Below, one piece after another: positions 18,650-27,680 of a stretch of 64,000 nt of DNA. Positions within the stretch are counted from its first letter, which is position 1. Every line of letters begins with the position of its first letter. Below the pieces are notes generated by a model. The model saw nothing but the letters and a program-made list of their open reading frames with translations, was not told the DNA's origin and made no database searches. Both the position numbers and the translations under genes were made by a program. The stretch spans positions 451,493-515,492 of the forward strand of contig NZ_PZOX01000005.1 of NCBI RefSeq assembly GCF_003044305.1, given 5' to 3'. This DNA is from Vitiosangium sp. GDMCC 1.1324. Its GTDB lineage: Bacteria > Myxococcota > Myxococcia > Myxococcales > Myxococcaceae.

Positions 18650-19632
18650 CCCAGGAGCTCTTCGAGTCCGGCCACCGCTTCGACTTCTTCCAGGCCATGC
18701 GCCTGCTGCGCCTGCTCCGCCCGAAGGATCCGGTGCGGCTGCGCGCCTCGGTGGACCTGGCCTTCCCTCCCAGCGACATCGTCCAGGTGAAGCCGCCCGC
18801 GAAGCCGGGGGCCGCACCGGAGATGACGGTGGCCTTCCTCGGACTGGGCGGGGTGCAGGGGCCGCTGCCGAGGCCCTTCGCCCAGCAGCTCCGGGACCGC
18901 ACGCGCGCGGGAGACACCGGGCTGCGCGACTTCCTGGACATCTTCCACCACCGGCTGCTGTCGCAGCTCTACCAGGGGCGGGTGCTGCGCCGGGTGTGGC
19001 TGGAGCCGGGCCCGCCCGAAGCACACGCCGTGGCGCGCTACCTGTATGCGGTGATGGGCCTGGGCACCCGGGGCATGCGCGAACGGCTGGAGGTGGAGGA
19101 TCGGCTGCTGCTGCGCTACGCCGGGCTGCTGGCGCACCGGCCCGTGTCCCTGGAGGCGCTGCGGGCGATGCTCTCGGACGCGCTGGGGGTGGGGGTGAGG
19201 CCGCGGGCGCCCCGGGGCGCCTGGCTGGAGCTGGAAGAGGAGCAGCGCACGCGCCTGGGCCCCACCGGACGCAACCAGCGGCTCGGCCAGGGCGCGGTGC
19301 TCGGCGGGCGCGCCTGGCTGGAGCAGGCGGGCCTGGAGCTGGAGCTCGGGCCCCTCTCCTGGCGCCGCTACGTGGACCTGCTGCCCGGTAGCCGGGGACT
19401 GGGCGCCCTGCGCTCGCTCACCCGCTTCGCGCTGGGCCCCGGCCCCGAGGTGCGCCTGGTGCTAGCGGTGCGCACCGGGGAGATCCCCGAGCAACCCCTG
19501 AGCGCTCCGCACGGCCCGCGCCTGGGGTGGACGTCCTGGCTGAGAGCCAGACCGGGCCGGCAGGGAACGCAGGCGGTGGCGCTCTCGCCCCGTCACATGT
19601 CCGCGCCAGGCGCGCGGGAGGATGGAACATGA
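18604..19632 (+). CDS. tssG: T6SS baseplate protein TssG (ImpH)
   Basis: ...GHRFDFFQAMRLLRLL... is the TssG N-terminal motif. Start ambiguous (ATG 18604, 18613 or 18626); overlaps the tssF 3' end. Confidence 0.8.
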   Translation: METMAPHGRRRAPGVAQELFESGHRFDFFQAMRLLRLLRPKDPVRLRASVDLAFPPSDIVQVKPPAKPGAAPEMTVAFLGLGGVQGPLPRPFAQQLRDRTRAGDTGLRDFLDIFHHRLLSQLYQGRVLRRVWLEPGPPEAHAVARYLYAVMGLGTRGMRERLEVEDRLLLRYAGLLAHRPVSLEALRAMLSDALGVGVRPRAPRGAWLELEEEQRTRLGPTGRNQRLGQGAVLGGRAWLEQAGLELELGPLSWRRYVDLLPGSRGLGALRSLTRFALGPGPEVRLVLAVRTGEIPEQPLSAPHGPRLGWTSWLRARPGRQGTQAVALSPRHMSAPGAREDGT

Positions 19633-21479
19633 GGTCGGGATACACGCAGGACAACGTCTACCTCTCCGTCACCACGCCCCTGGGCAAGGACGTGCTGCTG
19701 CTGCACGGCATCCAGGGCGAGGAGGCCCTCTCCCAACCCTTCCACTTCACCCTGGAGCTGCACTCCGATCGGCTCGACGTGGACTTCTCGCGGGTGGTGG
19801 GCAAGAGCGCCACCATCTCCCTGGCCCAGCGGGACGGCAGTGAGCGCTTCTTCCACGGCATCATCACCCGCTTCGTCCAGGCCGGCACCTTCGCGGACTT
19901 CACCCGGTACATCGCCGAGCTGCGCCCCTGGTTCTGGCTGCTCACCCTCACCCGCGACAGCCGCATCTTCCAGAACCAGACGGTGCCGCAGATCCTCCAG
20001 CAGCTCTTCCAGGACCAGGGCTTCACCGACTTCCGGCTGGCGCTGCGGCGCACCTACACCCCTCGCGAGTATTGCGTGCAGCACCAGGAGTCCGCCTTCG
20101 ACTTCGCCTCGCGGCTGATGGAGGACGAGGGCATCTTCTACTTCTTCGAGCACACGAAGGACCGGCACACGCTGGTGCTGGCAGACGACGCGGCGGCCCA
20201 TGTGCCCTGCCCGGGGCCCGGGGTGGCGAAGGTCCAGGGGCACCTGAACGCGGCGCGGACGGAGGATGCCGTCACCGGGTGCGAGCTGGAGCAGCAGGTG
20301 GTGCCCGGGCGCTATGCCCTGGGGGACTACTTCTTCGAGACGCCGTCGACCCGGCTCCAGACCCAGGTGAAGGGCAAGGAGGGGAGCCAGGAGCAGTACG
20401 AGTACCCCGGGGACTTCACGCGCCGGGACGTGGGCGAGCGGCGCGGCCGGGTCCGGCTGGAGGCCCACGAGGCGCAGGCCCGGACCCTGCGAGGCCAGGG
20501 CCACGTGCGCTGGTTCATCCCCGGCTACCGCTTCACCCTCGCCGAGCACGAGCGCAAGGACCTCAATGGGGCGTACGTGCTGCGCTGGGTGTCGCACTCG
20601 GCCACGGTGGAGGCGTACTCCAACAGCTTCGAGGCCTTCCCCGCCGCCACGCCCTTCCGTCCGCCCCGGGTGACGCCCCGGCCGGTGGTCCACGGCGTCC
20701 AGAGCGCCCGGGTGGTGGGCAAGGCGGGCGAGGAGATATGGACGGACCGGTTCGGCCGGGTGAAGGTCCAGTTCCACTGGGACCGCGAGGGCAAGAAGGA
20801 CGAGAGCAGCTCGTGCTGGATGAGGGTGGCCCAGGGCCAGGCCGGCAAGGGCTGGGGCAACTTCTTCCTGCCCCACGTGGGCCAGGAGGTGCTCGTCACC
20901 TTCCTGGATGGGGATCCGGATCGGCCCATCGTCACCGGCTCCGTCTACAACGCCGAGCAGGTGGTGCCCTATCCGCTGCCCGCCGGACAGACCAAGAGCA
21001 CGTTGCGCGGGGATTCCTCCGGCAAGGGGGAGCCCAATGAGCTGCGCTTCGAGGACAAGAAGGGCGCGGAAGAGCTCTACCTGCACGCCCGCCGGGACAT
21101 GAAGACCACCGTGGCGCGCGACAGCGTGACGGAGATTCAAGGCAACTGCACCATCCGGGTGCGGGGCAACCTCACCCTGGACGTGGGGGGTTCCATCAAA
21201 ATCAAGGCGGGGAGGAGCCTCACCCAGGAGGCGAAGATGTCGCTGACGAGCATCGCGGGGATGAACCTCACCCAGAAGGCGAAGCTCGCCCTGGAGAGCT
21301 CGGCGGGAACGATGCTGATGCACAAGTCCAAGCTCATGATGATGAACGACGCCCAGATGCTGCTCAGCAACGTCAAGACAATGCACGTGCTCAAGGGGAT
21401 GCCCATGATGCTCCAGCTTCCGTTCCTCCCTGTCCCGGCGGGGGTGCCTCCACTCCCACCGATTCCGGACACCCCCTGA
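19629..21479 (+). CDS. vgrG: VgrG (TssI) spike protein, core only, no C-terminal effector extension
   Basis: MRSGYTQDNVYLSVTTPLGKDVLLLHGIQGEEALSQPFHFTLEL... (gp27-like), then gp5-like OB and beta-helix; 616 aa. ATGA start/stop overlap with tssG. Confidence 0.9.
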   Translation: MRSGYTQDNVYLSVTTPLGKDVLLLHGIQGEEALSQPFHFTLELHSDRLDVDFSRVVGKSATISLAQRDGSERFFHGIITRFVQAGTFADFTRYIAELRPWFWLLTLTRDSRIFQNQTVPQILQQLFQDQGFTDFRLALRRTYTPREYCVQHQESAFDFASRLMEDEGIFYFFEHTKDRHTLVLADDAAAHVPCPGPGVAKVQGHLNAARTEDAVTGCELEQQVVPGRYALGDYFFETPSTRLQTQVKGKEGSQEQYEYPGDFTRRDVGERRGRVRLEAHEAQARTLRGQGHVRWFIPGYRFTLAEHERKDLNGAYVLRWVSHSATVEAYSNSFEAFPAATPFRPPRVTPRPVVHGVQSARVVGKAGEEIWTDRFGRVKVQFHWDREGKKDESSSCWMRVAQGQAGKGWGNFFLPHVGQEVLVTFLDGDPDRPIVTGSVYNAEQVVPYPLPAGQTKSTLRGDSSGKGEPNELRFEDKKGAEELYLHARRDMKTTVARDSVTEIQGNCTIRVRGNLTLDVGGSIKIKAGRSLTQEAKMSLTSIAGMNLTQKAKLALESSAGTMLMHKSKLMMMNDAQMLLSNVKTMHVLKGMPMMLQLPFLPVPAGVPPLPPIPDTP

Positions 21480-21495
21480 GCGGAGGGAAGAGCCC

Positions 21496-22119
21496 GTGCC
21501 AACGGAAATCATCGAGAAGGACGAGCGGGGGCAGGTGCGCGAGCGTTACTTCGAGGACGACGAGGGCCGTCTGGAGGGAGTGGCCAGCCACTATGACGAG
21601 GACGGCCGGCTCGTCCAGGAGTCGCACTGGCGCGCGGGGACACTACACGGCCCCACGAGCTCCTACGGCCCCGACGGCCAGCTGTTGCAGCGGGTCCTGT
21701 TCGCGGACGGCCAGTTGCATGGACCGGCGGAGCTCCAGGACGAGCAGGGACGCCTGCGCATGCAGCTCGGATTCCACGAGGACAGGCCGCATGGCGAATT
21801 GCTCGCCTGGCAGGACGGCCAGCCCCTGATGAAGCACACCCTGGCGGAGGGCAGGCCCGAGGGTCCGCTCGAGCTCTATGAGGACGGCAAGCTCACCCGC
21901 CGGGTGCTCTTCGAGCGGGGATGGCCCCTGGACCAGGGACAGCCCCCGGAGCAGGCCTCGAAGGCTCAAGACGCGAAGGCTCAAGACGCGAAGGCTCAAG
22001 ACTCGATGGCTCCTGGACCGGAGGCCTCCGGGGACATTCCCTTGGAGCAGGAAGAGCAGGCACGGGCGCCACTCGACACCTGGTTCCAAGGCTGGCTCCG
22101 GGGAAGCGGCGGCTCCTGA
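21496..22119 (+). CDS. MORN-repeat-variant (YwqK-like) protein, possible VgrG-associated immunity/accessory protein
   Basis: Repeats of type G.L.G....Y..DGQL (HYDEDGRLVQESHWRAGTLHGPTSSYGPDGQLLQRVLFADGQLHGP...). C-terminal low-complexity KAQDAKAQDAKAQD. Confidence 0.55.
   Translation: MPTEIIEKDERGQVRERYFEDDEGRLEGVASHYDEDGRLVQESHWRAGTLHGPTSSYGPDGQLLQRVLFADGQLHGPAELQDEQGRLRMQLGFHEDRPHGELLAWQDGQPLMKHTLAEGRPEGPLELYEDGKLTRRVLFERGWPLDQGQPPEQASKAQDAKAQDAKAQDSMAPGPEASGDIPLEQEEQARAPLDTWFQGWLRGSGGS
21961..22005 (+). repeat. 15-bp tandem repeat x3 (aaggctcaagacgcg) encoding KAQDA repeats
   Basis: Seen directly in the sequence. Confidence 0.9.
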
Positions 22120-22260
22120 GGGAGCTGCTGCCGCCCCAGGATTCCTCGCCCAGCGCAACGCGAATGCACACGTCCGGGTCTACGACAGCTTCATTCCCCG
22201 GCCACTGTATGCCCTTCCGGTTCCCCACATGACTCCAACATGCGGCGAGATGAAACACGC

Positions 22261-23087
22261 CTACGGCTGGATGTTCTTGTTCAACCGGAAGAAGTTGGTC
22301 GGGTCGTAGGTGCGCTTCAGGGCGGTGAGGCGCTTCCATTTGGCCTCGCCGTACGTCTCCCGCACACGCCCGGCGGGCTCGTCGGCGTCGATGAAATTGA
22401 GCGGGGTCCCCCCGCTCGAGAAGGAGTGGGCGGCTTGCCAGGCGTCCTGCACCCAGCGAGTGTGGCGCTCGGCGTCGGCCGGGTCTCTCCAGCTCGACTG
22501 GAACATCGAAAAGAAAGGCGACGCGCGCCCCGAGAATGCGGTCTCGTCCTCGCCAACCCACGCGATCGCGCCCTTCATATGGGCGAGCTCCAGGAAGCAG
22601 AGGGACGACGGGGCCGCTCGAAGCTGCGCGGTGATGGCCTCGATGGCCTCCTCTCCCAGCTTGGAGAGATAATCCGAGCGGATGGCTTGACTGTAGCCAT
22701 GGGCAGCCCCCGGTCCCGAATCGAGTACCTTCTGATGACCCCCGCCTGAATGCGCGCGGTGCGCCGCGCTGGATCGACGCGGATGCCCTTCATGAGGGAG
22801 AGATCGATCACCAGGCCGCCGTCGCACACGCCGTTGCCGGCGACATCGTGCCCGCCGCCCCGCACCGCGACCAGCGCGTCGTGCTCCCGCGCGAACCGCA
22901 CGGCGGCGAGGGACATCGGCGGCCCCGGTGCATCGAGCGATCAACGCCGGCCGCTTGTCGATCCGAGCATTCCAGACGACGCGGGCCGCGTCGTAGCGCG
23001 GGCTGCCGGGGCAATGAGCTCGCCGCGAAAGTTGGACCGAAGCGAGTCGAGCGCGGATTGCTTGAAGCGAGCTCCCTGGGAATTCAT
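22261..23087 (-). pseudogene. decayed FAD-linked oxidase (BBE/PCMH-type) gene: three frames, internally deleted
   Basis: Frame 1: MNSQGARF...IAPGSPRYDAARVVWNARIDKRPALIARCTGAADV. Frame 2: AVRFAREHDALVAVRGGGHDVAGNGVCDGGLVIDLSLMKGIRVDPARRTARIQAGV (FAD_binding_4). Frame 3: ...GEDETAFSGRAS...YGEAKWKRLTALKRTYDPTNFFRLNKNIQP (BBE C-terminus). Total span ~830 nt versus ~1.4 kb expected. Confidence 0.55.
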
Positions 23088-23210
23088 GGTGGAAGGCCTC
23101 CTGGCGCCGAAGGGCGGGAAACCGCGGCGGCGGATGATGTGCGGCACGAGCAGGATGAGCACTTCCGTCCCCGGGCGGTGGAGATGCCGCCCAGGGAGGG
23201 GAGGGGCGCT

Positions 23211-24827
23211 TCATCCCTGGGGAATGACGATCTGCTGGCCCGGCATGAGGTTGTCTTTGTTGAGGCCGGGGTTGGCCTCCACGATGCGAGGCCATTGATT
23301 GCCGTCGTGCAGGTAGCGCTGGGCGATGTCGTAGATGATGTCGCCCGGCTTGACGGTGTAGAGCGTGCCCTTGGGTTTGTCCTTGGGCGCGTACTGGGAC
23401 GCGTACTGGGACGCGGAGGCCACGGGGCCCGTCTGGTTGGTCCAGCGGGGGCGCCCATCCGGGCCGCGGATGAGCAGGATGCCGTCGTCCCGCATCACCA
23501 GCTCGCTCTTCTCCTGGCCCTGGGTCTTGCTGCTCCACACGGGCGCATTGGCGGCCTGGTACACGACGAGATTGCCGTCGCGCTGCATGGCCGTGCGCCA
23601 GGCCCGCTTGCCCTGGGTGTTGGTGGCCCAGCGGGCCTGCTGGGTGGTCAGGTCGTAGATGACGAGGTTGCCGTCGTCCTGGTACACGAGGGCGAAGCGG
23701 CCGTTGGCGGAGACGAGCCGCTCGCCGGGCGTGAGGAACGCGTTGTCCCCTCCGCGCAGCACGCTCTTGGAGCCTCCGAGGAACACGCCCAGGAGGATCA
23801 GGAGCACGCCCAGCAGCACGCTCGCCGCGAGCCCTGCCTTGAGCAGGGTCAACTGCCGCCGGTTCTTGCGCAGGGCCTCGGCCTCGGGACTCGCCAGGCC
23901 GCTCTCGGGAAAGGCCTTGCGCTCCAGCAGCTGGGTGATGAAGGCCGGAGAGCGGGGCTCGCGCAGCCCGTCCCGGCCCGGCCGGAGGACACCTTCCGCG
24001 TCCGGATCCCCGCAGAAGTAGATGCCTCGCAGCAGCGCGGGCTCCGTGTAGGGGCTGGACTCGAAGAGTCCATCGAGCAGCCGCCGCACCGGCTCGGCCA
24101 TGTCGCGCAGCTGGGAGGGGAAGAGGAAGGCGGACTCGCGCTCGGCCGCGGTGCCGCGCCCATCGGCGAACAGCTCCAGCTGCATCGTGCACAGGCCCTG
24201 GTGGATGCTGGCGAAGGCCTCGTTCACCCACGCGGAGATGTACGGCTCCTGGGGCGGGTGGGGAGTGGACCAGCCGAGCATCTCCTCGCGCAGGCTCGGT
24301 GGCAGGGAGCGGCACCACGCCGTGAAGCCGGGGAGGACGTCACACTGGGTGATGACGACGTAGATGGGGAAGCGCACGCCCAGCTCGCCGCGCAGGGACT
24401 GCAAGCCCTGGAAGAGGGCACGCGCCTTGCGGTCGAGTCCGACGTCGTCGAGCGCCTGCGGGCCCATCAGCTCATGGGCCGGTATCGTGAGCAGCACGCC
24501 GTCGATGGGGCGCTGGCCCCGCACGCGGCGCAGATCTCTCAGCACGCCCTGGAACTCGGGCCCCGGCTCCTCCGTCAGGCCGGGCATGTCGATGACGGCG
24601 CCCTGGTCGTAGAGCCAGACGCCCCAGCCCTCGGCCTCCATCTCCTTGCGGCTGGGCGTACCGTAGGGACGGCGCAGGTGGGCGCCCGCGGCCAGCGAGG
24701 TGCGCCCCGAGCGCGGCTCTCCCACGAGCATGAGCCAGGGCAGTTGGTAGCGGCGATTGCGACGGGTGCCGGTGGCCCCGATGCGGTCGATCGCCGTGTC
24801 GATGGGAGATTTCTGGAGGGCGGTCAT
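23211..24827 (-). CDS. TssM/IcmF-like N-terminal NTPase domain protein fused to TM helix, bulb-type lectin (B_lectin) and C-terminal LysM domain
   Basis: Start MTALQK (ATGA overlap with tssL stop). YQLPWLMLVGEPRSGRTSLAAG (degenerate P-loop), PIYVVITQCDVLPGFTAWC (ImcF-related N-domain). TM LLKAGLAASVLLGVLLILLGVFLGG. Two QxDGNLVxY lectin motifs. LysM YTVKPGDIIYDIAQRYLHDGNQWPRIVEANPGLNKDNLMPGQQIVIP. Confidence 0.7.
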   Translation of the reverse strand: MTALQKSPIDTAIDRIGATGTRRNRRYQLPWLMLVGEPRSGRTSLAAGAHLRRPYGTPSRKEMEAEGWGVWLYDQGAVIDMPGLTEEPGPEFQGVLRDLRRVRGQRPIDGVLLTIPAHELMGPQALDDVGLDRKARALFQGLQSLRGELGVRFPIYVVITQCDVLPGFTAWCRSLPPSLREEMLGWSTPHPPQEPYISAWVNEAFASIHQGLCTMQLELFADGRGTAAERESAFLFPSQLRDMAEPVRRLLDGLFESSPYTEPALLRGIYFCGDPDAEGVLRPGRDGLREPRSPAFITQLLERKAFPESGLASPEAEALRKNRRQLTLLKAGLAASVLLGVLLILLGVFLGGSKSVLRGGDNAFLTPGERLVSANGRFALVYQDDGNLVIYDLTTQQARWATNTQGKRAWRTAMQRDGNLVVYQAANAPVWSSKTQGQEKSELVMRDDGILLIRGPDGRPRWTNQTGPVASASQYASQYAPKDKPKGTLYTVKPGDIIYDIAQRYLHDGNQWPRIVEANPGLNKDNLMPGQQIVIPQG

Positions 24828-25657
24828 CGGCGGTTCTCCTGGGCGGTGCGGGCGGCCGCGGGAGTGTGGTCGTGAGAGGTGTTGAGGACGATGGCGGTGG
24901 GGACGAGGACGAGGATCGCGGCGGCGATACCGGCGGCCCAGGGCCAGCGCGGCGCGAGCCGCCGATCCGAGCGCTCGTCCAGGGTGTGCGCGTAGGTCTG
25001 GGGCAGCAGCCGGCGCGACGGCGCGTCGGGCTCGGGCGGGCGTTGGTGGATGAGCACGTAGAGCTGGCGCTGCAGATCCTGCAGGAGCGCCTCCTCGCCG
25101 TGCTCGCGGTAGCGGCCCTGGAAACCGAGCGCGAGCATCAGCAGGTACACTTCGGCCATCTCGGCCTGGGTCGGGTCGCGGTCCTGCAGCAGGCGCTTCA
25201 CGTCTTCGAAGATGCGCTCGCCGGCGTGGTGGGTGCCAAAGAGCACGTCCTCCAGCAGGCCCTCGCGCCAAGCATCACGGCCGTACCACGGGGTGTTGAC
25301 GAGCACCTCGTCGGCGAAGCTGGCCATCACGTAGCGGCACTGCTCGAGCTGGCGCTCCTGGAGCGAGCCGCGGGGGGCGCCCTCGAGCCGGCTCTGCTGC
25401 TCCACGCGCGCGAGCAGTCGCTGGCGGATCTCCTCGACACTGGGGCCCTGCCGCCCCTGTCCGGAGGGGCGGGAGATGGCCTGCAGGCGTTGGCGCAGCT
25501 CGAGCAGCTCCGTGAAGAGCGTGCGGGTGCGCTCGAGCAACAGGGAGGAGCCGGACGGCTCATCGAAGAAGGGAGGCGTGTTCATGGCGGAAGAGGGCTC
25601 GCGGCGCCTGCCCCGGTCGTTCCAGGACGAGGAGGCGGAATGGGATGACGGACTCAT
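24824..25657 (-). CDS. tssL: T6SS membrane protein TssL (DotU family)
   Basis: LEQCRYVMASFADEVLVNTPWYGRDAW...FGTHHAGERIFEDVKRLL...EVYLLMLALGFQGRY plus C-terminal TM AAGIAAAILVLVPTAIVL. Alternative start ATG 25585. Confidence 0.8.
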   Translation of the reverse strand: MSPSSHSASSSWNDRGRRREPSSAMNTPPFFDEPSGSSLLLERTRTLFTELLELRQRLQAISRPSGQGRQGPSVEEIRQRLLARVEQQSRLEGAPRGSLQERQLEQCRYVMASFADEVLVNTPWYGRDAWREGLLEDVLFGTHHAGERIFEDVKRLLQDRDPTQAEMAEVYLLMLALGFQGRYREHGEEALLQDLQRQLYVLIHQRPPEPDAPSRRLLPQTYAHTLDERSDRRLAPRWPWAAGIAAAILVLVPTAIVLNTSHDHTPAAARTAQENRR

Positions 25658-25714
25658 GTGTGGTGACTCCTTCGGTTCTCAGGGTGAGTGGTGACGGCTG
25701 GATGTGACGTGGAC

Positions 25715-27028
25715 TCACGGCTCGTTGCGGATGAGCAGGGAGATATCGGCGGCGGCCTGCACCTCTCCGGGCTCCAGCGTGTTCTCGAGCAACAGCCGCT
25801 CATCGGGCCGGAGGTAGAAGGGACTGGCCTCCAGGGAGAAGAGGAGCGCACCAGGGCGGGGCACCAGGCCCGCGGGGGGCTCGATGAGCTCGCGCCGGGC
25901 CCCGAGCGTGCGCGTCTCGCGCATCTGCCGGTGGCGCGTGTCCGAGCCGATGCGGCACCCGGCCATCCATCCCAGCACCTGCTGCCGCGTGGTGCCCGGA
26001 CGGCCGCGCACTTCGAGCACCATCTCGCGGCCCATCCACGCGGGGAGCAGGCGCGTGTGGAAGCCGCTGCCCTCGGGAGTGAGCTGCACCCGCGTGTACG
26101 CCTCGGAGAGGCCCCGCTCCAGCGCGCCCTCGACGAAGTCGAACACCTGTTGGAAGGAGCGCAGCGGATCCAGGTGCTCGTACGCGGGGAACGCGGGAGG
26201 GATGCGCACCTCCGCGACGTGGGCGACCTGGCCGGCCAGGGAGCACAACGCGAGGTAGAGGGTGAAGGGGTGCACCTCGCCGGAGCGCAGCAGGGCCTCG
26301 TAGGGCGGCAGCCCGGCCACGAGCCAGTGCAGCTGACGCTGGTGCTCGGCGAGCACGTGCGGCTCGTCGGCGGCGTCGCGCATGGCCTCCACCAGGTGGG
26401 CGGCTTTCTGCCGGACGCGCAGGGAGAGCCGGTCACAGCGCTCGCCGAGCGTCGAATCCAGGCCCACGGCGAGCAGCGGCGGCAGGTAGTCCTCCACGGC
26501 GAAGGACTCGCCCAGGCGGCGCACCTCCACGAGCGGCAGGGAGGCGTACCCGGCGGGAGGCAGGCCGGCGAACAGCTGCAGGCGCGGGGTGAGCTGGGGG
26601 ATGCTCAGCGGCGTGTCCCCGGTGCTCTCGTCGACGAGCGGCTCGCTGGTGGTGGACACGAAGCGGCTGGGATTGCTCGTGCGCCCGGTGGGCACGCCCA
26701 CGTGCAGACGCACCGGGTGCTGCCAGTTCACCTCGGTGAGGCCCGCGAAGGCGAGTTGGAGGGGCGGGGCTCCTTCTCCCGCCTGGTACGAGAGGAACAG
26801 CCCATCGGGCAGCAGGGCCTCCAATTCCCGGAGCTGGAGGGTGCCCGCCACCAGGCGCGTGCGGTCGTACTCCAGCCGGCTCACGCCCCAGTGGAAGGGC
26901 GCGGCCCGCTGGAGATGGAAGTGCAGCAGCGCCTCGTGGTGCTGGTCCTGCTGTTGGAAGTGTTGGGGGGCCAGCAGCATGCCCTCGTGCCATTGCACGG
27001 CGGAGGGAATCGGCGGGGTGGGAGGCAT
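25715..27028 (-). CDS. tssK: T6SS baseplate protein TssK
   Basis: MPPTPPIPSAVQWHEGMLLAPQHFQQQDQHHEALLHFHL... is the canonical TssK N-terminus; 437 aa. Confidence 0.85.
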   Translation of the reverse strand: MPPTPPIPSAVQWHEGMLLAPQHFQQQDQHHEALLHFHLQRAAPFHWGVSRLEYDRTRLVAGTLQLRELEALLPDGLFLSYQAGEGAPPLQLAFAGLTEVNWQHPVRLHVGVPTGRTSNPSRFVSTTSEPLVDESTGDTPLSIPQLTPRLQLFAGLPPAGYASLPLVEVRRLGESFAVEDYLPPLLAVGLDSTLGERCDRLSLRVRQKAAHLVEAMRDAADEPHVLAEHQRQLHWLVAGLPPYEALLRSGEVHPFTLYLALCSLAGQVAHVAEVRIPPAFPAYEHLDPLRSFQQVFDFVEGALERGLSEAYTRVQLTPEGSGFHTRLLPAWMGREMVLEVRGRPGTTRQQVLGWMAGCRIGSDTRHRQMRETRTLGARRELIEPPAGLVPRPGALLFSLEASPFYLRPDERLLLENTLEPGEVQAAADISLLIRNEP

Positions 27029-27680
27029 GAACTGTCTCTCGGAGGGAAGGGAGTCGGCTGGCAGGTCCCCCCAGGTCCGAGCCCGAGGAAATCCGCCTCA
27101 GGGGTGGAGCCACGGTGGGCGCGATGTGATGTGACTGCTTCCGGGACGTGCTTCCCCGCCCGCCGTCAGACCCGCTGGCTGTTGTGCTCGAAGGCTTGTC
27201 CCATGCGCGCCATCAGTTCCTCCGTGCCCAGCCGCCAAAGTCCGGCAGGTGCACCCCGGGTGGGAGGAACCACGTGCACGGGTGGCACTGTATGGGCGCT
27301 TCGTACGCCACCATGTGGTGGACGGAGTGGCGAAGCGATGGGCTGGTACTCGCCCCCTGAGCGGCCGAGCAACCCCGCGCAACCTCGGGCATCCATGCTC
27401 CCGTGCGGCCACCGGGGCCGTACATCGGCGCCCCGCACACGTCACCAAGAGATTCCCCCCGCGTGACCCGAACGATGCTATCGAACAGGCAGCAGACCGG
27501 CCCCTGCTCGGTTAGTTGCTCGACGCCGACCCATGGTCATGGGAGATGGCGGTGCCCGGTGAAGAGTGGGCCCAGGGACGTACGCAGTTCCCGGTTCGAG
27601 GCCGAGCTCGTCCCGGGGAGCAGGTGATCAACGTGGACACAGCAGTCATGCATGACGGTCAGTCGCGGGGACAGGCCCCC

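Noticed and set aside
14279-21512. Long minus-strand ORFs (14279-16303, 17597-19024, 19593-21512) and plus ORF 16819-18342 over the T6SS structural genes
   Set aside because: All are antisense or out of frame to tssB/C/F/G/vgrG, which have strong homology. High GC suppresses stop codons in the off frames.
22848-24875. 675-aa plus-strand ORF and 685-aa minus ORF (22261-24318) overlapping the tssM'/FAD-oxidase region
   Set aside because: The plus ORF is antisense to the well-supported tssM-like gene. The 685-aa minus ORF is a chance fusion of out-of-frame read-through. Only its C-terminal ~150 aa, the BBE domain, are real, and those belong to the oxidase pseudogene.
25585-25657. Alternative shorter TssL start (MNTPPFFDEPS)
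   Set aside because: Kept as an alternative only. The longer start keeps the gap to tssK short, and the choice cannot be resolved from sequence alone.
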